Positions 10,908 through 21,172 of a DNA stretch of 44,669 nt are shown here, piece by piece. The notes beneath the pieces were generated by a model. It saw nothing but the letters and a program-made list of their open reading frames with translations, was not told where the DNA came from and ran no database searches. Position 1 is the first letter of the stretch. Every line of letters starts with the position of its first letter. This stretch comes from Craspedostauros australis (Eukaryota): NCBI GenBank assembly GCA_030167865.1, contig JALAGF010005860.1:1-44669 (forward strand), given 5' to 3'. A program made the position numbers and the translations under genes.

Positions 10908-13900
10908 TTACAAGTCTTCGTCGATGTCAGCTGGTTTCACCATGCCGGGCACAGCCTGTCGTTGCGCCAGCATTTGCTGCCGATGTTGCTGTCGTTCCCG
11001 TTCCTTCTCCTCCGTGTACAGCGCGGAGTTATCCTCGCTGGAGAATTCCTTCAGCTCGATCAAAAAGTCCCGAAGATGAGTCTTGAAGGTTGGCAGGTCC
11101 ATCTGCAAGTTCAGCATGCCCTCGATGAACTTCGTTACTTGGGTCTTCGTCAGGTTGGGGAAGCTCGATAGTAGGAGGGTCGACACGTGCGCCCGCAGGA
11201 AGGCCGGGTTGGTCTGACCGGCTGGTTGCGACGCCGGATCGAACAGCGGGACGGTCACCTGGTTCATCTGCACCAGATGGAACATCTGCCGCAGCAACGT
11301 GGCATGCATCTTGAACCCGGACTTGTGCAAACGATCTGTCATCACAGCGAACACGTCCTGGATCAGGGACAGGAGGTACTGCTGGTAGAAGCCCTGCGCC
11401 ACGTTCGGCGTCTGTCCCACATTTTGCAGCAGCTCATTCAGGATCTCCAAACCTGTGTCGGAGATGTTACGTTCCGTGTGCTTCATGGCCCACACGACGG
11501 AATGCACCACGAGTTTCTGGTGCTCAGGCGGTATGTTGAACAGCGCCGGGAAGCAGTGTCGGTTGATCGCCTGTTTGTTTGGTTGTGTGACGCGACACAG
11601 GTTTGTCATGTTGATTTGTTGTCGCACACCGTACGTAGTGCATGGGACGTATGTGTATATGTGTATGTGGTACGTGCGGATGTGAGGATATAAGCAGCAG
11701 AGCATGTGAGACCGATGTTGCGATTGCGTTGTATCATATCGTATGGAGATGCAATGTGTGCACGTTCGTGGAGCAAAGATTGATGCACTCTCTATCGGTA
11801 CTCGTAGAGAGCATCCATCCATGTCCCACAGCACAATCTTGTCATCACCAAGCCAAGCTATCACAATCCAACACAAAATAGCACTTACCTTCAAGAATTC
11901 AAAGAATCGAATGCGATGCTCGGGGAAGTCCTCGAAGTTCTTGGTGATCATGTCCAAGGTGCATTCGAAGACGGCCTCCATGATGCGTGGGACTTCCGCC
12001 ACCACGTTGGTTTTCAGCTTCCCGACCACCGTTGAGAACAGCGACAGCACCTCAGGATCACGAGCGCCGGCGATGTTGCGTTTGTAGTCGCCGAGAATGG
12101 GGTCGAGCACCGGCGGGATGAAACCTTTGGCCACGGCCATGGGCTCGGCTTCAGGTGGGCCGCTCCTGTCGATGAAGACGATGAGTAGTCGAAGCACCTC
12201 CTTCTTGGCAGAGCGCATGGTTCGGACCAGCGACATTTGCGTCGCGATGGCACCCTGCTGTGCCACGGCCGCCGATATCCTTTCGGAGTAGACGCGGTAC
12301 ACATTGAGCATGTCGAGGAAGAATGTCTGCAGCTGATGCGTGAAGAGACTGCCAACCGACCGACACACGCGGTTGTTCGTTTTGAGGATCTTGACGATCT
12401 CCTTGATGGTGGGCGGCGCGACCAGCGACTCCACGTTCGTCTTGGCCTGATCCATGATGGTTCGCCAGGACTGGTTGGGCAGCTCCATCAGCTTCGCCAG
12501 CAATCCCTGCCTGTCGAGGTTGAGCGTTGGGCCACGGTCATTGAGCATGCACCCAACGGCCTCGTAGAATGCCTGCACCTGATGCGGCTCTAGATCCGAT
12601 ATGATGCTTGGCAGACCGTCCACGAGTTCGCAAATGAATGGCATGGCCTCCTCAGATTGGAGAGTGACGAATTTGCGCTTGCATTTGGTCGAGATTTTGA
12701 GGAAGGTGTCGCATGCCATGTCCTGCACGCCAGGGTGCACCTCGTGCATGAATTCAAACAGCTTGTTCACCACGGTCTTCAGGAACTTCCAGTGCGCCTT
12801 GAGGAATCGCGGATACTGCCCGACCACGTACATGATGTTGGATGCCACGACGGCCTTGTTGTCCTTGCCGCGCTTCTGTTCGCACAGTCCGAGGAGATCC
12901 TTGATGACCGTCACGAGGAAGCGCTTTTCTTCGTCTTCCGACATGGCTCCGCTGATACTGCCGATGGCCCAGCACAAGGTGTTGAGATTGTTCCAGCTCC
13001 ATCCCGACCCGTCGACCTGCTCCGTGAGCTTCGCCAGCATGATGGACTCCGTGTCTTCGCAGTTGAGATGGGTGAGGTATACGAGCGTGTCTCGCATGGT
13101 CTTGTATTGTGCGATGACGTCGGTGTCCTTGGTCGTTTCGCGGACGATGTCTCCGTTCTCATCCTCCACAATCAAGACCTCTTCTGGCTTGGCCATGCTG
13201 GAAATCATGACCTGCCTGACTCCGCTGAGGACCGGTGCGTAGAGGAACTTTCTTGATGATGCCGTCGTGGTGTTTCCATTGAGGTTGAGGACGCTGCCGC
13301 CGTTGGCAGTGCCCGTGGCACCGCGGTCGCCAAAGATCTGGTAGTGCTCCGTCTTGTACAGATCCTCCGCCAGCATGTGCCACGCCTCGAGGCAGATTCG
13401 GAAGATCTCAGTCTCCTTGACTTCGCTGACGCGGACGAGGTAGAACATGCCGGTGATGAGGCTGGGGTGCGATTCTGGCGCCTCGAGCACCTTGAGATGT
13501 GCCTTGACGAATCCCGAGAGGAAGAGGGCGAGCTTTTGGATGAACAACCGATCGTCCTCCGACCCCTGATCGAAGGCCTGTTGCAGCGGAGCCTCCGGCG
13601 TGAAGATCTTGGCGAGCTCCTCTAGGAATTTGGTGAAGAGCTGACGGAAGAGCGGGTCGTACTGCGGTTCCAGGTCCTGCAGGGTGCCGATCTCCGTGAG
13701 ACAGTCGAGCGCTTCGTTGCGGAACACCGGCTCCGAGAAGAATTTGAGAAGGATGTTGATGAGTTCCGTTTGGAAGATGAAGCCGAGCGGGATCCAGGTG
13801 AGGAATCTTTGGAGGGTTTGCAGGGTGACTCGGAGCAGACTGGGCGTTTTGGAATGTTCGAAGACGAAGAGGCAGAGCTGGAAGATGAGCTGGAACTGGC

Positions 13901-15088
13901 TGTTGAGTGATTCCTTGAGCCTCTTGACCTTCTCTGTGACCATCTGGTCCCTGGAGAAGTCGAATACCTCCTCGGAAAGGAGCTTGAGGATTTGCATGTT
14001 GTTTTCGCAGAGGACCTCCGAACCGCGGGATGAGCCGACGAGATCCCCGATGAAGCTTTCCCAGTTGTGCGGCCATTCGTGCTTGAGGATCTCGATGAGG
14101 GTGAGATTGAGCTTCCCGATGAACACCTTCTCCGCCTTCATGGTCGACTCCTCCTGCGACATTTTGATGATCTTCCCCACGACGTAAGATTTGATGCCCT
14201 CTCGTTGTTCCTTCGGAAGGATCTTCCATCTGTGCAATTGTCACATGCGGTGTTAAATACGGTGAGTGTCGGCGGCAGTGTTTGGTAACAGCAGCGGTAT
14301 TGATCGTTGGTGAATAGCAATGCAGAGCAACGGAAGCGCGCATTCGAGAGTGTGTTGGTATTGGCGTTGTGTTTATGGTTGCATGAGAATGTGCCGAAGA
14401 AGGAGATGCATTTGTGTGCGTGTGCGTGTGTGTGTGTGTGATTGTGGTTGGATGAAGTTGCGGAAGGGAATGGATAAATGAATGCGCGCATTGATGCATG
14501 AAGGAAGGCGATGGAGTGGAAGGCATGCATTGATGTATCGATGTATCGATGATTGAATTTAATGAACCGTCCGGTCGATGAGTTGGGTGAGGGATGTGTA
14601 ACAAAACGGAACGAATGGATGAGGCTAAGCGAACGATGACATGATGTGACCTCGGAGCCCAAGAGTCCCGCTGCACACGTTTGCACAGCATCCGAGTGGG
14701 GCGGAGCTGATTCTGGCTTGATTCGAGCCGAGACGAAAGAATGGAGAGCAAAGCGAGAGAGCAAACAAAGCAAAAGGATTGCATTCATGCAATCGCACAG
14801 GCACACGCCAAATGATCGCGCTTACCTCGTTTTGATCGCATCGTCGAGGACCTGCAAACCGAAGAATCTGGAGTTTGGATTGCTGGACTTTTCAATGATG
14901 CCGTCCGCCTTCTGCCAGAGGTTGGGCGACTCCTGCAGCTGCATGAGGGCCTTGTTGGCAGCCGCTCGATGTGGACTGACTGGATCGTAAGCGGCGCCGA
15001 CCACCTGATCGAGCAACGTGATATCAAATTCCCCACTGCCGTTGCAGGCCGACAGCAGTTGCTGCGCGATTTGTTCGAGCGACGCCAT
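10908..15088 (-). CDS. XPO1: Exportin-1 (CRM1), 3 exons, about 1088 aa
   Basis: Exons 15088-14826, 14229-11889 and 11570-10908 with GTAAG donors and CAG acceptors join in frame. Hallmark motifs: [65 protein letters not shown] (includes the leptomycin-B-reactive Cys), [15 protein letters not shown]. Confidence 0.97.
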
Positions 15089-16822
15089 CTTTCGGATGTT
15101 GTTGTTGTTGATGTGCGTATTTGGCGAGGCCGATGTAGAGTTGATGGCCGATTTTCGGTGAATTTGAATGAGGAAAACCAAACACCTTCACAGAGAGAGA
15201 ATGAGAGACGGAGAGGAGTGGACGTTGTTATGGGTGGCTCGGTCTCCGCTCGGTACGGTTGTCTGTCCAAATGAGTGGATGGATGGACAGATAGATCGAT
15301 GTATCGATGGCAACGGCAAGATTCTTCACTGGGACTTTGCCGGTTTGCCCTGCGTCAACGATGGTGGTGGTTATTTGGGGCAGCCGTCCTAATATATATA
15401 TGTGTGTGCGTGTGTGTGTCTGTGAGAGGATAGAGCGCTCCACTCCTGTATGGCTCTCCCGTTGTTTCTTGGTCTGCTTCCTTCCCCTGTTGGATCGGTG
15501 TCTTGGCAACCGTCTGCGCTTTCTGAGAGTGCTTGGGATTGTGCCGGTGCTCTTAGTGTGACTGTATTGCGGCTGTATTGTCCACGTGTCCAAAGGGTGC
15601 TGTGGATACTGCAGACACCAACGCAGTGATGATGCTGATGATGATGCTGCTGATGATGATGGTGGCGAGACTTTCAATGATTCCCACAACAGCCTTCACT
15701 TGCTATTGCTCAGATGCTGCCAAAGAGTACTCTGCTCTCTACTCTGAGTGTGATTGCCAGGTCTCGCGATTATATGACAGGAGCGGGACTACGTCGCAGA
15801 TGCATGTGATGGCAGAGCCGAGCAGCGGATTGCAGAGTGTGGTGGTTGGTGTACCTGCACTAATGTAATGTGGCTTGCCTCCTCTCTTGTGTTCCTTCGA
15901 CCTCCTCGTGCGGGAGTTCCTTTTGGGGATTTGGTCTGATCCAAGGGAGAGGTTGCGCGCGTGCGGTTTTGCTGTGTGCGTGTTTTGCTGCTCGTATCGT
16001 GTCGTCTCGTATCGTGTCGTATCATGTCGAGCAGCGCCCGACTTCCTCTCCCATCTTCCACCACCTTCCTCCTCTTGTGCCTTGGACCGCTGTGACGTGA
16101 CGAAATGCTTGTGGAGCACTGTGACACTTTTTCAAACAGCGTGTTTACTGTTATCGAGGCCAAAAAGAAGACTACCAAAGTACCTACCATTGCTCCAGCA
16201 CCACCAATCGCCGAAACCTTCCCTCCGATCAATTTCCTCTTGTGTGTTGTGCGACACGAAACAGCCACTGTGGAGAGATAGTCGTGGGGAAGCAACCAAG
16301 AACAGAATACTCTCCTCTGCTCTGCTCTACTCTGCTCTACATACTCCACCCTAGTTAAAGCATTCAACATACCACGACCATGAGTTCTGATCTTGCTCGC
16401 CGGTCACATTACGATATCAGTACCAGTATACTATACCTAGCAGAAACATCCGCCTCCTCATCTCTCTTCCCTACCGAGACAGCAATATCGGCAATCCAAG
16501 ATGGCAGCGCACGCCGAGAAACGGTAACGCATCATCGTCAATCCAGGCTGTTCTCCACGGGTACGAGCGGCAAGAAAGAGGGAGGAAGGGAGGGAGAGTA
16601 GCTACACCTGTGGACCTCACCGAGAGAGACGGTTGATGAGATTGGAACTATACACTGGCATCCACAAATTCATTGGTCTCGATGCAACAACCTGAAACAA
16701 CAACACAACAACAACACAGAAATCAGAAAGCGCGAAGACGCAACCACATGCGCAAAAACTCCAACCAGCGACAGGCACAAAACCTTACACGGAGGTGCAC
16801 ACGACCAGAACACGATTGCTTG

Positions 16823-16943
16823 GACCTCGTCGGAGCGCGCACAGACCTCTCCAGACCTCGTTCGGGACTACCCAGACCTCTTCAATACCTCGTTGGGGAC
16901 TACACAAACCTCTCAACAAACCTCGTGATTCAATGGACCTCTC
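16823..16943. repeat. Degenerate tandem repeat, about 31-33 nt unit, 3-4 copies
   Basis: gacctcgtcggagcgcgcacagacctctcca / gacctcgttcgggactacccagacctcttcaa / tacctcgttggggactacacaaacctctcaaca / aacctcgtgattcaatggacctctc. Confidence 0.75.
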
Positions 16944-17826
16944 TTGCAGTTTTTCAAATAGCTCGTAAGGTGTCATTCAAAAACAGTTCGCGCCAAAATC
17001 AGTCGTGTAATCACAAGACTCGAAACATCAAAATTGCAATCATTGAAACGTGTTTGACACACGAACAGATGCGAAGGAAGGACGCAGGAGTGTCAACAAA
17101 ATATGTCATTCGTCAGAATTAAAAAGACAGTCAAAATAGAAAGACAGACAGTACGAAACGAAAACAAACAGACAGTCAAGCTTGTCAGACGCTGATGAAG
17201 TACCGTAGCTATCCTTGTGTAGAAGCAGAACTAGAGGCTACATAACATTGTCTAAACCATGAAAGTATGTATGGTACTCTGTGGACTCCGTGCATCCATA
17301 GAGTACAAGTATGGTACCTGCACCAATGATGGCCAACATGATCGACGTGGAGGAAACGTGATGCTGCGGCAATGGCTGAATGCGCTCGACTCTCCTCTAT
17401 CTACTATACGATTGCGTGTTTAATATCGACATATGCGAGCAGTCGTACTTGTGGTTCGCACGAAACGAGGATGCGAAGATTGATCACGTTCCTGCCGTCT
17501 GCGAAGTAGCAACGCTGATTGAATGCTCCTGGCAGTAAGATGGTGTAGCACGCTCTAAGTTATTGGTCGATGAATTCCGGTGCGATGCTTGGAGAGTCAC
17601 GGGAGAGAACCTGCTCACCATACTCGTAGCTGGTTGATGATGTCTCGGTCGGCTGAGGGTACTGGGATGAAGAGCAAGGCGTGGGAGCAAGCAGCATGAG
17701 CGTGGCATCTTTCTTCAGGAAGGCCCTTGTCACATAATGCAGTTGTCATCGAATTGGTGTACTCGTCTCAAGTACTTGGGACGAGTAATAGTACCGGAGT
17801 GCATATGACACAGCAATAGAGTGCAA

Positions 17827-17895
17827 CAGGAATCTGTCCGTCATTCAAGCTGAACGCACATCGGCTTGGATGCTCGCTTCTTCATTCCATTCCCT
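17827..17895 (-). promoter_or_regulatory. Candidate SECIS element in the 3' UTR of the DsbA-fold gene
   Basis: Minus strand reads AGGGAAU-GGA-AUGAA-GAAGCGAGCAUC-CAAGCC-GAUGUGCGUUCAGCU-UGAA-UGACGGACAG-AUUCCUG: AUGA...GA core, upper stem, AA in the apical loop and a lower helix GGGAAU/AUUCCU. Pairing next to the core is imperfect; folded by eye only. Confidence 0.4.
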
Positions 17896-17945
17896 CATCC
17901 TTTTTCGCTCTCTCAAGAGATCTCTCGCTGTCGGCCGCTCATTTC

Positions 17946-19758
17946 CTACCGCGAATGGCTGCCGCGTTCCAGGATCTCTTCGGAAACTCCGAGGATGTTG
18001 CCAAAGATGGCACCGTTGCGCAGACTCCCCCTCGACTCGATCTCCCGAAAGATCTTCACGAAGAAATCAGAATGGGCAGCGCCATCCACGAGGGTGTGTC
18101 CCTCGATGATGAACTTGGGGATGCCATGAACGCCCAGTTCCCGCAGCATGCTCAGCGCGCCTTCGATCTCCTCTCGCCCTTCGTTACCGTTCAGGAACTC
18201 CAACAGTTGCTCGGGTGTCATCGGTTCGTCAGAATCATTGTTGCTGGACTCTGCATTCTCCTGTTTCGCCGCCAGCGTCTTCTCAAGTTCATCGGCAACA
18301 GCCTGCGCCAACAGCGGTCTGTCATTGAGTGCATGCCCATCAACAAAGTAATACCTGCGGGGCCGTTTGAATGGCATGGAGCGAAGCGCAGGCAATGCAC
18401 AATCACGCGACCGTGGTTGAAAAGTGAGACGATCTCGTATTCGGCAATTGTGTTTGGTGTTTGGACGTGCGCTGTGCAGAATCACGGCTTTGCAATAGGA
18501 ACATGGAGCGCAACAGCTCGACATGGAAGATGACTCAACAATGCAGCAATACAGAAACACCAACGAAAAATACGCAGCCGTCAAGACAAGGATGCAGGCT
18601 GTGTATTCTGACAGCCAGACGCAGACACCGTTGCAGTCGTAGTCCCACTCACACGTTGAGCCGATCGTAAATGGCTTCGCTGACGTCCAGTCCGTATCGT
18701 TTGCCGATCATCTGGATGAGGCGGTGCGATGCCATGGTGTTGGAGGCAAGGCGATCCAGATTGAAGTGCGGGATCCCTGCCTCCTCGCCACGGCCCTTGA
18801 GATCGTGACGTTGTTTCTGCGCTTCCCAACCTGCCTTGCCACCCCACTTCTGGACGAGCCGATCACGGTTGGATTCGATGAAGGGTTTGGACTCATCGTA
18901 TTGCGGTTCGAGAAAGAACGGCACCCGGAGCACCGAGAACGATATTGGTCGCGGGGCATCGGGATTTGGCTTGGAAAGAATGTGCTCGATCGCTCGATTG
19001 AGATGCTTCTTTCCAATGTACCCGTCTGTGCGGATTGGATAGGAGTGGAGTGTGCGTATAACATGTATTGCATGATATAAAATAATATCATATATGTGCG
19101 GAGAATGCGAAGCATAATGATCGTGGAGGAGGATTGGGCAGAGAGGAGTTGAGCGAATTTGGTGGAGCTGGTTCTGCTTGGCTTGGATTGAATTGAAGCA
19201 CGGTGGGTAGGCCCAAGGCATTTGAACGAGAGGTCACTGCGGCTGCTTGAATGTCGGTAGAGCATGGCATTGGCACCTCTCCAGAGTCCTTGTCTACGAG
19301 TGGAGCACCATACTCGTACATAGAGTACTTGCGATCAATCCTCCCTTCCTCTCGCAACGAAGGCGATGCATGACCCATAGGGCTGCAATCACTGCAGCAT
19401 GAACCCAAACGACAAACTCGAGAGAGAACTCGAGAGAGTACTCGCAGAAGACCATCCCATCGAAGCAACCCAACCCAACAGATAGAGCCGCACGAGGTAA
19501 ACGTTCCCAGAAGCAAAGGCGTGCGCAGCCATATCAGCCTCATCAACCTCGCCAACTTCATCAACCCCATCGACAGCAAGCACAGTGATGAAGCCACGAG
19601 TTTGCATGCATCAGCTGGAAGGACGTACTTGGTCACAGGGTGTCGCTCACGAGCTCGACCGGGACCACGAGAGGCGATGCCGACGACATGAGCCTCATCG
19701 CATGCGGTCTGGCAGATGCTGCCGCACGTCGTTGAAATGAAAGCAAGGCCGATCTCAT
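17946..19758 (-). CDS. DsbA/FrnE-like thioredoxin-fold selenoprotein (Sec42), predicted mitochondrial, 3 exons, 303 aa
   Basis: Exon 1 19758-19629 reads MRSALLSFQRRAAASARPHAMRLMSSASPLVVPVELVSDTL-TGA-P; donor GTACGT at 19628; acceptor CAG at 19026; exon 2 19025-18653 (NGYIGKKHL...PFFLEP...SNTMASHRLI); donor GTGAGT; exon 3 18354-17946 (YYFVDG...GVHGIPKFII). The total of 912 nt is in frame. TGA 19635-19633 aligns with the first Cys of the FrnE motif SDxxCPWCYIGK. Confidence 0.88.
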
Positions 19759-20849
19759 CGCAGCGAAGTATCGTTGTCGTTTCTTCTGCCTCTGTTTGCT
19801 CTCCTTGTTCGAAGAGAATTGCCACGATTGCTCTTATCTCTGAATCCACGTCGCGAGGGTCCGGATGCACGATCGGTATTTGTTTGCCGGCTGCAGTCGT
19901 ACTGGTGCGATACGATACGAGCTATTCGTGCAATTCGTGATCGTGGGTTGGAGTAGTGGTGGAGATGTCCACGATGCTGACGATGAGGGACGAGCCGCTC
20001 TTGTCTCCGCAGATCCCGGATCCAAACAGGTGGCGCCAAAGTAACCAGGCATGTCTGTCCATGTTGCGGCAGAGAAAGTCAACCGCCATCGTCGCCCTCT
20101 GACAGCGGTATCACCAAGTTGTCGGCGGCGCTCTTTGTTCTTTGTTGCCGCTTTCGTGACTGGCTGGATGTCGTATTCATAGTACTAACGTAGTGACTTG
20201 CTACCTCACACGACTCGTCGCAAAATTCTTGGCTTCGACACAGACATGCTTTGAATTTGTGTTCCTCGACATTTTTTCGCACACAGGGCAATGACACGTG
20301 GCCGGAGAAACCTATGACCCACACACGCTACTACTTTACATAGCCAATCGCAGTAGAACAGTACCAGATTCTACGCACACTGCCGCTATGACTGGAGCGA
20401 AACGCGCGAGGTTCTCATCAGTCAGCCGACTGTGCCGAATTTGGCACGAGTCCACAACACACAACAGCAAGATCATCTGTTCAAGTCGTAAGCGGTGCCA
20501 AAAAGGCCCAAGGCTGTTGTGTAAATCGACGCCAGTCAATCTGCACGTGTTCCCATGAAAATTTTAACCCTGCCGGCACGCGCGACATTCGACAAAGCAC
20601 GAAGGAACTCGGCAGAGTAGGTTCGCATTTGCCGCACAGCCGGGTGCGACGCGCTGGACAGTCTTCATCAGTCCGCTTGTGTTGTGTGGTTCTTCGTGCT
20701 GCTGGTCGAGAAGTGGTGATTGGTGTTGGTCCGGTGACCGCGGATGTTCGCTCTTGTCTCACAAAACGAACGATTCCATATTCTTCATCGGCTCCACCTC
20801 ACAAATCACAAATCACAAAACCCAACCAAACACCAACACCAACACCAAC

Positions 20850-21125
20850 ATGAAGTTCACTCTCTTCCTCATCGTCTTCTTCGCGGTCATCGCCGCCGTT
20901 ATGAGTACGACCGCCGATGCACCAGAAGGCCGCATCCTCAAGACCAAGGCACCAAAGGAATCCAAGGCGCCAAAGGAGAGTAAGGCACCAGAAGGCCGCC
21001 TCCTCAAGACCAAGGCACCAAAGGAATCCAAAGCGCCAAAGGAGAGTAAGGCGCCAGAAGGCCGCCTCCTCAAGACTGGCGCACCAAAGGAATCCAAGGC
21101 GCCCAAGGAGACTAAGGCACCATAA
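20850..21125 (+). CDS. Secreted Lys-rich repeat peptide precursor, silaffin-like (91 aa)
   Basis: Signal peptide MKFTLFLIVFFAVIAAVMS, then three 20-aa repeats R(I/L)L-KTKAPKESKAPKESKAPEG with KxxK motifs; CA-rich leader directly before the ATG. Confidence 0.8.
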   Translation: MKFTLFLIVFFAVIAAVMSTTADAPEGRILKTKAPKESKAPKESKAPEGRLLKTKAPKESKAPKESKAPEGRLLKTGAPKESKAPKETKAP

Positions 21126-21172
21126 GGCCGCCTCCTCAAGACCAAGGCACCAAAGAGAACCAAGACGCCATA
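20919..21172 (+). repeat. 60-nt tandem repeat, about 4 copies, with 18-nt sub-repeats
   Basis: Unit gcaccagaaggccgc(a/c)tcctcaagaccaaggcaccaaaggaatccaaggcgccaaaggagagtaag; the fourth copy starts gcaccaTAAggccgc and is truncated. Confidence 0.92.

Noticed and set aside
16823..16943. Possible CRISPR-like array
   Set aside because: Units are directly adjacent and degenerate, with no unique spacers or cas genes, in a eukaryotic context.
16785..16976. Short ORF sharing IESRGxLR with the DsbA C-terminus
   Set aside because: The codons differ, the similarity is a few residues and the ORF overlaps a non-coding tandem repeat; probably chance.
17145..17210. Hammerhead-like words (GTAC-GAAA ... GTC ... 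CTGATGA-AGTAC)
   Set aside because: Stems I and III cannot both form convincingly and there is an extra base after CUGAUGA; an Infernal search would be needed to revive it.
19200..19240. MPWAY or SDLSFKC as the DsbA active site
   Set aside because: They lie inside intron 1 in different frames; the 19758-19629 exon gives a much better motif and the correct splice phase.
19088..19870. 260-aa minus-strand ORF
   Set aside because: An alternative frame over exon 1 and intron 1 of the selenoprotein gene; it includes simple repeats and has no recognisable domain.
20079..20180. Short minus-strand ORF ending GG-TGA, as a possible second selenoprotein
   Set aside because: No TM segment or redox-fold context, and the readthrough sequence looks non-coding.
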